A stretch of 64,000 bases of DNA from Macrostomum lignano (Eukaryota). A program made the translations under genes and the position numbers. The stretch's first letter is position 1. Each line of letters starts with the position of its first letter. A model generated the notes under the pieces. That model saw nothing but the letters and a program-made list of their open reading frames with translations, was not told the DNA's origin and did no database searches. Positions 11,996 to 37,700 of this stretch are shown piece after piece. The stretch spans positions 1 through 64,000 of the forward strand of contig NIVC01001774.1 of the NCBI GenBank assembly GCA_002269645.1, written 5' to 3'.

Positions 11996-14853
11996 TGCAA
12001 CAGCTGCTAGCGCCTATAAAAACTACGCTGATTTTCAGGTATACGAGCTAGACAGCGTCTCGGGTAGCAACTAAATTTTGTCTCTTTATATGCGATGGAG
12101 AGCGAGGCTGCGAAGAGACGTCAGGTAGGTGGACGGAACGCTTCTAGATTCCTCTCACCTTGCGTCCTCGTCTTCCCTAACCTCCGCCCGACCCTCCGGC
12201 CGATCATTTCTCCCCCCATCGGAGCGTGTTATTTTCGAAGCGGCCCGGGCGTTGCTAGGGGCAACGTCCCCTTGGACTCGGTACTCGAGTTCAGGCGAGG
12301 CAAGACAGGTGCAAAAGAGATGAGAAGAAGCGAGAGGCAGGCCAGGAAGACTGGAACTGTCTACCCGAATCCCATGGAATATTTGACTCACCTGTCGTGT
12401 CTTGGCTTGATTAGGCCGGCTCTACAAGGCGATTCGAGAGGAACTTCTAATTAACAAAATCCCTAGGGGCCAAAATTCGGCTGGAGCTTTCGAGTGACGA
12501 ATTTCTGTTTTGGCGCCTTACCGGCCCCTAGCCGGTATATACTTTATACGGCCCCTAAATTTACATAATTTACAAAAATTATGTAAATTTATCTCTGCTC
12601 CCTTCTGGATCGCTTTTACAAGCTCGAATCAGTAGCTTCAGTTTTGCGCTAGCGGAAGTGACTAACTAGCAAGAGCTTTCGACGCTGTGAAGTTTGGAGC
12701 TTGTGAAGTTTGGAGTTTGTGGAGTTTGAAGTTTGTGGAGTTTGGAGCTTGTGAAGTTTGGAGTTTGTGGAGTTTGGAGTTTGTGGAGTTTGGAGCTTGT
12801 GAAGTTTGGAGTTTGTGGAGTTTGGAGTTTGTGGAGTCTCAATCTTGGGAAGTCTCAATCTTGGGAAGTCTCAATCTTGTGAAACGACCGTTCCTTATCT
12901 ACTACACTTCATCGCCCCATAGTCCCAACCTAAGCCTAAACTGCAGTGTACGCTCATAAATTCACTTTGCCCCTGGTCCTTTCTCTCTAACCATTTCATT
13001 CTCCATTGCAAGTATTACGAGCGTAATTGCAGATTTCGCGTCCTGACAAATAAATAAAATTTATGAAAAATCACTGCCAATCATTTCGATTGTTAAAATA
13101 TGAGCGCAGTCTGCTCACTCCGATTCAGCAGAGTTTAAATTAGATCGACATGTCGAAGTGATGTAATAAGGAATCATATAGTTTATTTCTGTGTTGCATC
13201 ACAATAAAGCCATTAAACAATAGAAAAAGCACAATACTAACAAAGATTCGAATTGGTTTGTTCAATTAGCTGAGTAGCATCAGTAGGAATTACGTGCGTG
13301 TACGAGAATTGATAAAGACTGACAAAACAATAGTATAGTTACCACAATCAATGCCTGCGTTGAAAAAACTATTTTGATTGCCTAATTCTCAGGAAAGCTA
13401 TCAGAATCACGTGACGCAGCCAAGATTTCAAGTCAGTTACAGCAAACAACCTAAAAACCCTGGCCAACTTTGCGCCCCTTAAGTTTTTTAACTAAATTTT
13501 ATTGCCCAAATGCTGACGCACACTAGGTCTACGAAACAATAAAGTTATCTGTCACATTGATAAACTTAAGATGAGTTTGTCCCCGTGCCCTGCCTCTTCT
13601 CTACCCCATTTTATTGTCCTACAGTCACACCCTTAAGTCTAAACCGCAATGTACATTACCTGCCGTCTCCCGCCTTGATAAATGTACGCTCGTACATCAA
13701 ATCAGTCCTGTCCCAGTCTCTTCTCTATCCAATTTTATTGCCCTACAGTCACACCCCTAAGTCTAAAACGCAAAGTACATTACCTGCCGCCTTGATCGAT
13801 TTACATCAAATCGGTTCTGGCCCTGTCTTTTCTCTACCCTATATTATTGCTCTATAGTCACACACTATAGTCATCTCCTGGTTGCCTCAATTGCGATCTA
13901 GAAGGGGTAGGTTTTAATGGTCAGCTGACTCTCCATGATAAAACTATAATTTGTGTCACATGAGCTCTGGAAACGAAAAAATCTATAATTAGACCTTTTG
14001 AGTAGCTAGATTGCCCTAAAAGTGTCGAAAACGTGCAATTAATTCACGACGTATTATTTACTGCTTTTGGCAGTAGCAGATCTGGGAGTGTAAAGGGGGT
14101 GTCAGCTGACCCGTTTTAAGGAGAGCAAACCTTAGCAGCCAATTTGACAGAAACTGTATACAGCAATTCAGTAACAGCTGGTTAATTGTAACAAAAAAGC
14201 ATCGACTAGAATCAGGAATGAGCAGTCAACAATAGAGATTGCATGATAAAAAAATGAGTGTTGAAATAAAAAACGGCAATCAAGGTCTCCGCACATTCGT
14301 ATGGGAAATGAATCAGAGCCGGTAGACGCATGGCTTTGGTGGAATTATTCGCATTCTTGGAAATCAAAACAGTGTTAATCCGTTTTTATCAACAAGTAGA
14401 CAGATGCAAGCAGCGGAAAAGAGGGATGAGAAGTGCGGAACAGCAGAAGAAAATGCGATATTAAAAAACACTAGAAGAAAAGTAAGACGTTGATACTAAC
14501 GATTTACATAGGAGAAAAAAGCAATTAAAAAACGCGAGCTCAATACTATAAGTACTTGTAAAGCAAAACAGCAACGAAAAGCGATAAAAGGAGTGTTCGA
14601 AAAACAGATTCAATTACTCCGTCTTGAGTAACAACAACGCTCAACAGGAACAAGAGAGAGAGACAGAGAAAATATGCATCGTTTTGACTTGAATACTATC
14701 GTTATAGTGCAAAAGTGTGTGCGTGCCAGATTACACTACTTATAGTAGGCAAGTAGCACATTTTAGATGTTTATTAGAAGATTACGAAAATACGACAATA
14801 TGTTTTTGTGTACTTTTTTAGGCCAAAAAAGCATTTTGTTCGAAAACTTCGAA

Positions 14854-16344
<1,491 letters not shown>

Positions 16345-16374
16345 CTGCGGGTGCGCGGAGATGGGAATCCAGTC

Positions 16375-16988
16375 AAGCTCCAATCCCTGCACTCAGCTCA
16401 GATCCCTGCACTCAGCTCCAATCCCTGCACTCAGCTCCAATCCCTGCACTCAGCTCCAATCCCTGCACTCAGCTCCAATCCCTGCACTCAGCTCCAATCC
16501 CTGCACTCAGCTCCAATCCCTGCACTCAGCTCCAATCCCTGCACTCAGCTCCAATCCCTGCACTCAGCTCCAATCCCTGCACTCAGCTCCAATCCCTGCA
16601 CTCAGCTCCAATCCCTGCACTCAGCTCCAATCCCTGCACTCAGCTCCAATCCCTGCACTCAGCTCCAATCCCTGCACTCAGCTCCAATCCCTGCACTCAG
16701 CTCCAATCCCTGCACTCAGCTCCAATCCCTGCACTCAGCTCCAATCCCTGCACTCAGCTCCAATCCCTGCACTCAGCTCCAATCCCTGCACTCAGCTCCA
16801 ATCCCTGCACTCAGCTCCAATCCCTGCACTCAGCTCCAATCCCTGCACTCAGCTCCAATCCCTGCACTCAGCTCCAATCCCTGCACTCAGCTCCAATCCC
16901 TGCACTCAGCTCCAATCCCTGCACTCAGCTCCAATCCCTGCACTCAGCTCCAATCCCTGCACTCAGCTCCAATCCCTGCACTCAGCTT
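16375..16988. repeat. 19-bp minisatellite CAGCTCCAATCCCTGCACT, ~32 near-perfect units (shorter copy 23058-23220, followed by a related 22-bp array 23221-23436)
   Basis: Direct reading; 19-aa and 22-aa periodicities in the overlapping ORFs. Confidence 0.95.
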
Positions 16989-19900
16989 CAGATCCCAGAG
17001 CTTTCGACGCTGTAAAGTTTGGAGCTTGTGGAGTTTGGAGCTTGTGGAGTTTGGAGCTTCTGGAGTTTAGAGCTTCTGGAGTTTGGAGCTTGTGAAGTTT
17101 GAAGCTTGTGAAGCTTGAAGCTTGTGAAGCTTGAAGCTTGTGAAGCTTGAAGCTTGTGAAGCTTGAAGCTTGTGAAGCTTGAAGCTTGTGAAGCTTGAAG
17201 CTTGTGGAGTTTGGAGCTTGTGGAGTTTGAAGCTTGTGAAGCTTGGAGCTTGTGGAGTTTGGAGCTTGTGGAGTTTGGAGCTTGTGGAGTTTGGAGCTTG
17301 TGGAGTTTGGAGCTTGTGGAGTTTGGAGCTTGTGGAGTTTGGAGCTTGTGGAGTTTGGAGCTTGTGGAGTTTGGAGCTTGTGGAGTTTGGAGCTTGTGGA
17401 GTTTGGAGCTTGTGAAGCTTGAAGCTTGTGGAGCTTGGAGCTTGTGGAGTTTGGAGCTTGTGGAGTTTGGAGCTTGTGGAGTTTGGAGCTTGTGGAGTTT
17501 GGAGCTTGTGGAGTTTGGAGCTTGTGGAGTTTGGAGCTTGTGGAGTTTGGAGCTTGTGAAGCTTGAAGCTTGTGGAGTTTGGAGCTTGTGGAGTTTGAAG
17601 CTTGTGGAGTTTGGAGCTTGTGGAGTTTGAAGCTTGTGAAGCTTGGAGCTTGTGGAGTTTGGAGCTTGTGGAGTTTGGAGCTTGTGGAGTTTGGAGCTTG
17701 TGGAGTTTGGAGCTTGTGGAGTTTGGAGCTTGTGGAGTTTGGAGCTTGTGGAGTTGAAGTTTATGGAGTTTGGAGTTTGGAGCTTGTGGAGTTTGGAGCT
17801 TGTGGAGTTTGTAGCTTGTGAAGTTTGGAGCTTGTGGAGTTTGGAGCTTGTGGAGTTTGGAGCTTGTGAAGTTTGAAGCTTGTGAAGCTTGAAGCTTGTG
17901 AAGCTTGAAGCTTGTGAAGCTTGAAGCTTGTGAAGCTTGAAGCTTGTGGAGTTTGGAGCTTGTGGAGTTTGAAGCTTGTGAAGCTTGGAGCTTGTGGAGT
18001 TTGGAGCTTGTGGAGTTTGGAGCTTGTGGAGTTTGAAGTTTGTGGAGTCTGGAGCTTGTGGAGTTTGGAGCTTGTGGAGTTTGGAGCTTGTGGAGTTTGA
18101 AGTTTGTGGAGTTTGGAGCTTGTGGAGTTTGGAGCTTGTGAAGCTTGAAGCTTGTGGAGTTTGGAGCTTGTGGAGTTTGAAGCTTGTGAAGCTTGGAGCT
18201 TGTGGAGTTTGGAGCTTGTGGAGTTTGGAGCTTGTGGAGTTTGGAGCTTGTGGAGTTTGGAGCTTGTGGAGTTTGGAGCTTGTGGAGTTTGGAGCTTGTG
18301 GAGTTTGGAGCTTGTGGAGTTTGGAGCTTGTGGAGTTTGAAGTTTGTGGAGTTTGGAGTTTGGAGCTTATGGAGTTTGGAGCTTGTGGAGTTTGTAGCTT
18401 GTGAAGTTTGGAGCTTGTGGAGTTTGGAGCTTGTGGAGTTTGGAGCTTGTGGAGTTTGGAGCTTGTGGAGTTTGGAGCTTGTGAAGTTTGGAGCTTGTGG
18501 AGTTTGGAGTTTGTGGAGTTTGGAGTTTGTGGAGTTTGGAGCTAGTGGAGTTTGGAGTTTGTGGAGTTTGGAGTTTGTGGAGTTTGGAGCTTGTGAAGTC
18601 TCAATCTTGGGAAGTCTCAATCTTGTGAAACGACCGTTCCTTCTCTACTACACTTCATCGCCCCATAGTCCCAACCTAAGCCTAAACTGCAGTGTACGCT
18701 CATAAATTCACTTTGCCCCTGGTCCTTTCTCTCTAACCCTTTCATTCTCCATTGCAAGTATTACGAGCGTAATTGCAGATTTCGCGTCCTGGCAAATAAA
18801 TAAAATTTATGAAAAATCACTGCCAATCATTTCGATTGTTAAAATATGAGCGCAGTCTGCTCACTCCGATTCAGCAGAGTTTAAATTAGATCGACATGTC
18901 GAAGTGATGTAATAAGGAATCATATAGTTTATTTCTGTGTTGCATCAGAAGAGAGCCATTAAAAAATAGAAAAAGCACAATACTAACAAAGATTCGAATT
19001 GGTTTGTTCAATTAGCTGAGTAGCATCAGTAGGAATTACGTGCGTGTACGAGAATTAATAAAGACAATAGTATAGTTACCACAATCAATGCCTGCGTTGA
19101 AAAAACTATTTTGATTGCCTAATTGTCAGGAAAGCTATCAGAATCACGTGACGCAGCCAAAGATTTCAAGTCAGTTACAGCAAACAACCTAAAAACCCTG
19201 GCCAACTTTGCGCCCCTTAAGTTTTTTAACTAAATTTTATTGCCCAAATGCTGACGCACACTAGGTCTACGAAACAAATAAAGTTATCTGTCACATTGAT
19301 AAACTTAAGATGAGTTTGTCCCCGTGCCCTGCCTCTTCTCTACCCCATTTTATTGCCCTATAGTCACACCCCTAAGTCTAAACCGCAATGTACATTATCT
19401 GCCGTCTCCCGCCTTGATAAATGTACGCTCGTACATCAAATCAGTCCTGTCCCAGTCTCTTCTCTATCCAATTTTATTGCCCTACAGTCACACCCCTAAG
19501 TCTAAACCGCAATGTACATTATCTGCCGTCTCCCGCCTTAATAAATGTACGCTCGTACATCAAATCAGTCCTGTCCCAGTCTTCTCTATCCAATTTTATT
19601 GACCTACAGTCACAACCCTAAGTCTAAACCGCAATGTAAATTATCTGCCGTCTCCCGCCTTGATAAATGTACGCTCGTACATCAAATCAGTCCTGTCCCA
19701 GTCTTCTCTATCCAATTTTATTGACCTACAGTCACACCCCTAAGTCTAAACCGCAATGTACATTATCTGCCGTCTCCCGCCTTGATAAATGTATGCTCGT
19801 ACATCAAATCAGTCCTGTCCCAGTCTTCTCTACCCCATTTTATTGCCCTATAGTCACACCCCTAAGTCTAAACCGCAATGTACATTATCTGCCGTCTCCC

Positions 19901-21436
19901 GCCTTGATAAATGTACGCTCGTACATCAAATCAGTCCTGTCCCAGTCTTCTCTATCCAATTTTATTGACCTACAGTCACACCCCTAAGTCTAAACCGCAA
20001 TGTACATTACCTGCCGTCTCCCGCCTTGATAAATGTACGCTCGTACATCAAATCAGCCCTGTCCCAGTCTCTTCTCTATCCAATTTTATTGCCCTACAGT
20101 CACACCCCTAAGTCTAAACCGCAATGTACATTACCTGCCGTCTCCCGCCTTGATAAATGTACGCTCGCACATCAAATCAGTCCTGTCCCAGTCTCTGCTC
20201 TATCCAATTTTATTGCCCTACAGTCACACCCCTAAGTCTAAACAGGAATGTACATTATCTGCCGTCTCCCGCCTTGATAAATGTACGCTCGTACATCAAA
20301 TCAGTCCTGCCCCAGTCTCTTCTCTATCCAATTTTATTGCCCTACAGTCACACCCCTAAGTCTAAACAGCAATGTACATTATCTGCCGCCTTGATCGATT
20401 TACATCAAATCGGTTCTGGCCCTGTCTTTTCTCTACCCTATATTATTGCTCTATAGTCACACACTATAGTCAATTGCGATCTAGAAGGGGTAGGTTTTAA
20501 TGGTCAGCTGACTCTCCATGATAAAACTATAATTTGTGTCACATGAGCTCTGGAAACGAAAAAATCTATAATTAGACCTTTTGAGTAGCTAGATTGCCCT
20601 AAAAGTGTCGAAAACGTGCAATTAATTCACGACGTATTTATTTACTGCTTTTGGCAGTAGCAGATCTGGGAGTGTAAAGGGGGTGTCAGCTGACCCGTTT
20701 TGAGGAGAGCAAACCTTAGCAGCCAATTTGACAGAAACTGTATACAGCAATTCAGTAACAGCTGGTTAATTGTAAGAAAAAGCATCGACTAGAATCAGGA
20801 ATGAGCAGTCAACAATAGAGATTGCATGATAAAAAAATGAGTGTTGAAATAAAAAACTGCAATCAAGGTCTTCGCACATTCGTATGGGAAATGAATCAGA
20901 GCCGGTAGACGCATGGCTTTGGTGGAATTATTCGCATTCTTGGAAATCAAAACAGTGTTAATCCGTTTTTATCAACAAGTAGACAGATGCAAGCAGCGGA
21001 AAAGAGGGATGAGAAGTGCGGAACAGCAGAAGAAAATGCGATATTAAAAAACACTAGAAGAAAAGTAAGACGTTGATACTAACGATTTACATAGGAGAAA
21101 AAAGCAATTAAAAAACGCGAGCTCACTACTATAAGTACTTGTAAAGCAAAACAGCAACGAAAAGCGATAAAAGGAGTGTTCGAAAAACAGATTCAATTAC
21201 TCCGTCTTGAGTAACAACAACGCTCAACAGGAACAAGAGAGAGAGACAGAGAAAATATGCATCGTTTTGACTTGAATACTATCGTTATAGTGCAAAAGTG
21301 TGTGCGTGCCAGATTACACTACTTATAGTAGGCAAGTAGCACATTTTAGATGTTTATTAGAAGATTACGAAAATACGACAATATGTTTTTGTGTACTTTT
21401 TTAGGCCAAAAAAGCATTTTGTTCGAAAACTTCGAA

Positions 21437-33217
<11,781 letters not shown>

Positions 33218-33961
33218 AGTCCACATGATTTTTAAGGGAGTCAAACCACTTTTAAATTTTTAAATAACTGAAAAATCAAGTCTTTTTAGTATTTTGGGTG
33301 TTCTTAGCTAGAAAAATACTTAAAATTTTCTATAAAAGATTTTCATTATTAGGTAATAAAACAAATTTTTTCTTTATAAATTATCTGATAAAGTCTAATA
33401 AATTGCTCTAATAGATATTTCACTTTTAAACTAATTTGAAATATTCAGTGTAAAAAATTATTGATGCTTTAGGAAGTTTAGAACAATAAAGTGTTTCATA
33501 GTTTTTTTCTCATTTCAATGTATTGTAAAAGAGCTAGAAATAATTTTTATGATATTTCCATATTGAAGGCATAAAAATTCAAATTCATAAAAATACATCA
33601 TCCTTTTATCATGCTTAAATATCACTTAAATTTATCTTTGTTCCACTTTTACTTGACCTTAGTCTGGATAAATTCAGGCTAGATAGTGTGGACACATAAT
33701 TATTTTTTTTAAATTTAATTTTAGATAAACATATCAAAATTACATTAGCAATTGCAATGCCTTCTAGGATCCTAGGTCTAATTCAGGATGCCAAATTGAA
33801 AACTGTGATACCAGCTAGCATTTCTCAAAAAGTTAAAAATTTAAAATAATATATCTCTATCTATTACCATCAAAGAAACAAGCAGTTATAACATGTTTAT
33901 TCTACTAACCCCTCTAAGAATGTACACAAATATGGGTACATTTGCAGGCTAACTCTATGCC

Positions 33962-34089
33962 TTAAGCAGGTGCCAGGGAACAGGGGGGGGCAGCTGCCCC
34001 CCTGACATTGAGTTGGTCTGGGCTTGAGTTTTGGAAACTTGGTCTTGCCCCCCCCTGGCAAAAACTCATTCTGCGGCGCCTGGCCTTAA
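33962..34089. mobile_element. Short hairpin/MITE-like element bounded by TTAA
   Basis: TTAA at 33962-65 and 34086-89; imperfect terminal IR CAGGTGCC / GGCGCCTG; internal G-run/C-run stems. Confidence 0.4.
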
Positions 34090-34550
34090 GGGTTGGTCTA
34101 GGTATTTAAGCATTCAAATCACAGTGCCATTCTCAGAATCATAGGACATAAGTTCACTTTGAGATAATACCAAATTGAAAACTAAGGATACTAGATGGCA
34201 TTAGTCAAAAAGTTTAAAATCTAATAAAATACCATAGCTGGGAAGGTGGCAGTTTTTGGTGAATTTTCTGGCGCAAATTGGCCCTTTTTTGACACACACG
34301 GCGCACACGGCGTACAAGGAAAAATTGGAAATGCTCTGGCGGCGCACATGGCACATGGCGCTGAAAAAAATATATAGTTACACTTCGTTATACTTAGTAA
34401 AATATATAGTGTCAGGCCTAATTCCATAATTTGTAAAATAAAATTATGTAAATTATATAAATCACAATATAAAATATGTAAATGAAATTCAAATTTGTCT
34501 ACCATAAATTCCTTACAGTAGAATAAATACCTTACCTTACCTTACCTTAC

Positions 34551-34732
34551 CAGGGGTGGACCCAGGATTTTATCAAGGGGGGGGCAAGCCTTACGTCTGG
34601 TCAGGCCAGAGCTGCAATTAGGGTACCATGATACCAATATAGCATGATACCAATACATCTGAGGATTATTTTGGCAGAGCTTAGGGGGGGGGGCCATGGC
34701 CCCCTTGGCCCCCCCCCCTTGGTCCGCCCCTG
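34551..34732. mobile_element. 182-bp MITE inserted into a (CCTTA)n tract
   Basis: TIR CAGGGGTGGACC / GGTCCGCCCCTG (11/12 match); TAC directly flanks both ends (3-bp TSD-like); CCTTA repeats continue on both sides. Confidence 0.7.
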
Positions 34733-37700
34733 TACCTTACCTTACCTTAGACTTACCTTATCATGGCGCGTTGCGGCGCACAAAATCTTTTCTTCATGGC
34801 GCACGGCGCACAGTGCTCAAAAGCCATCAAAATAGTTCCGGCGCACACTGTGCTAAAATATAAAATATTTTAAAATATAAAATAAAATATAAAAATACTA
34901 ATATCGTCAGTCAATCTTTTACACTGCGGAGCCTCTCTGACTCAGAAGTTGCAGAAGTCTGCAGACTCAATTGTAAACATTAGGCCTATCCAAATTTGAC
35001 AGTCAATAGAAGACTTGTCTTGACACCTCAATTAGGCCTAATAAAATTTATACTTAAAATGAAACATGAATTGCAGAAAATATGAAACTAAAAAATGTAA
35101 GCGAAATCAAGCTTGAAAAAAACAAAGTGCCAGTTTAGCATCCGTAGGCAAAATTCAAAGATGTGAAAATTAAAAAATTAATACGCTATTATGACGTATG
35201 AGTGGTATGACACATGCTGGCAGAAACCTCAGACTAGATTTCAATGCTAAAATAGCATCATGACTAAGCCTAGCTTGTCAAAAATACGCTTTATGTTTGT
35301 ATTATAGTCAAAACTAATTGATCGAATCAATTGAATAAAAAGTTCTGCAGTCTAAAATAGAACAAAAAGGAAAAAACAGCTTTAGTTTCGTTTGGTTTCT
35401 TGTTGTTTTCCAGTAATCTAGTGATTTTAAACTCGGTGTAAAAATACAAGAACGTGCATTAGTTAAACAAAGCAGGCCCTACCCCAAACGCACTTAAAAA
35501 GATTTTAAGAAAAAAAATTCTACCGAAATTAAATTTTATTCCCTGTCCTATGTTGGTTAAATAAATAAAATTACTCTAAATGACCATATATATTGGTTTC
35601 AGTATATTATAAGTCAAAGTTTTGCCCTACAATGCTAAGCCCTAAGCAAACGATAGGCCCTATTCATGGTCATGGAGTATGATATAGATACGTTTTTATC
35701 CATCTAATAAAAGACAAAGGGTAATAGATCAGAATACTTAGTTCCCTACCCTTGTAGTAGGCCTAGCCTAGTAGAGCATAATTTCAATTAGATAACTGCA
35801 AAATTGGCCTAATAGTATTATGATAGGCCTAGACTGCGAATAAATGATTTAGAAAAAAAATTATTTAAGGCTGGGTTTTTGTGTGTAGTGTCCCTATGCA
35901 CCCTGAATTTTGAAATTTCATCTTGAAGTTGAAATTATATGTTTGATTTAGCTGCAGTCTGTCTTTTCTTGCAATCTATTTTTTTAAACAAGAAAAAAGA
36001 AAAATTGTACTCGAAGCTCCAAAAAATGCATCTTAAAATTGGGCAAAGCCAAAGGGTATGATTTTGTACCTTGCCTTTGACAAAAAAAACAGATTTAAGC
36101 AAACTAGGGCTAGGCCATATAAATTAATGAAGTCTTAGGGCCTAGTCTAGGCCTATTTGGTATCAACTAATTAAATATTGATTTGTCTTTTTTAATTAGG
36201 CCTAAGCCTAAGTGTGCTAAGCCTATTATTAGATCAGACATAGTACTTTACCTTAAATAACAACTTATTTTTTCTTGTTGATCAATTGCTACAAAAGTAA
36301 TAATAAATAAATTATTAGGCTTAGCCTGTTAAATATGGGACATTGTCATAGCCATAGGTTGCATTTCAAAGGTGTAGGTAGGCATAAATGCTACTTGTTG
36401 GCAATGTTTGAGGCATTGGCATTAGCCAATAGGCAGTTAACAAAATTCTAAGTGTATGTTTGCCTTTGTCAATAAAGTGCTTGCAACATTAGCAGTAGGC
36501 CTAGGCCCTTACTGTAGCATAGCATCCCTATATTAGCCATTTTGCTTAGTTGTAAATAGTATCAAAGCTCATCACAACTCATCATATCACCAATGCTCAT
36601 CACAATATTTATTAGCCATTCTAGCTAGCACTAGGTGCCCTCAATGGTTAAAATAGCAAGGCAAGATCATTAGCATAGCCAAATATGCTAAGCTGCCTCA
36701 GCCTCTCTAATTGTCATTGATCTAGGCTCTATTGCTGCAGCATGAAGCTGTCATCATTAGAAAGGAGAGCAGTCTATAGCACCTAGTCCAAGTACTAAGA
36801 CCATACATGTGCAACCCCCCCCCCTTGATTTACATCGGCAATGCTACTTTTTTTACCAAAAATGTGACTTACTTAAGTAAGAAACCTTAGAGCAAAAATA
36901 ATGCAGTTTTGGATAAATAGCAAAAGTAACATTGACTGTCTTATTAAGGCTAAATGCCTCATCATCTAATTTGTACTATATCTATATTCTTTTGAATGGG
37001 CATTTTTGGAACTTATCTTTAAGTGTATCACAATTTACAATAGCCAGATTAGCTAGGTTGGCCAGTTGCAAATGTATAACTAGGACAAACCACAAATATT
37101 AGTAGAATAACTATTATTCTAGTATCTAAGTGACAAATAAGAAAAGCACAAAAATATCTATCTTCCTGCCTAAAGCATCTTAGAGGATTTCTCAAAGAAA
37201 TCCAATAGGCTATCTAGTATTAGCACAATAGCATTTATGTCACAATATAGCACCATAATAATGGAAATTGCCATATTTGAGATATACCCTTTTTGGCAAT
37301 ATGGTTATGGCATAATAAGAAAAAAGAAACATATGGTTCATAAAAATATTAAAAAATACTTCATAGCCTAAAAAGCTTCAAATAAGTTTTATTAGCCTAT
37401 GATAGACTTAGATAGGATATTCCTAGTATATTTAAGCATGCAAGTAGTCAGTATTGTTGAGTACAAAAGCCAAGCAATTATTCTTAAATATATAAAATGG
37501 CATAGTGTTCTATGGCGAGCCTAAAGTATCTATTCATCTTGGCTATTTGCCACATTAGAATATTTATTTTAAGAGGGCATAATAAAACCAATTTGATAAG
37601 AAGGATAAATATAGTATTTTATTAGTTACTCTAATTAAGCCTAAAGATCATACATGTGTAACCTTGGGAATCACCCAGCTATCTCTATTGGTACATACCC

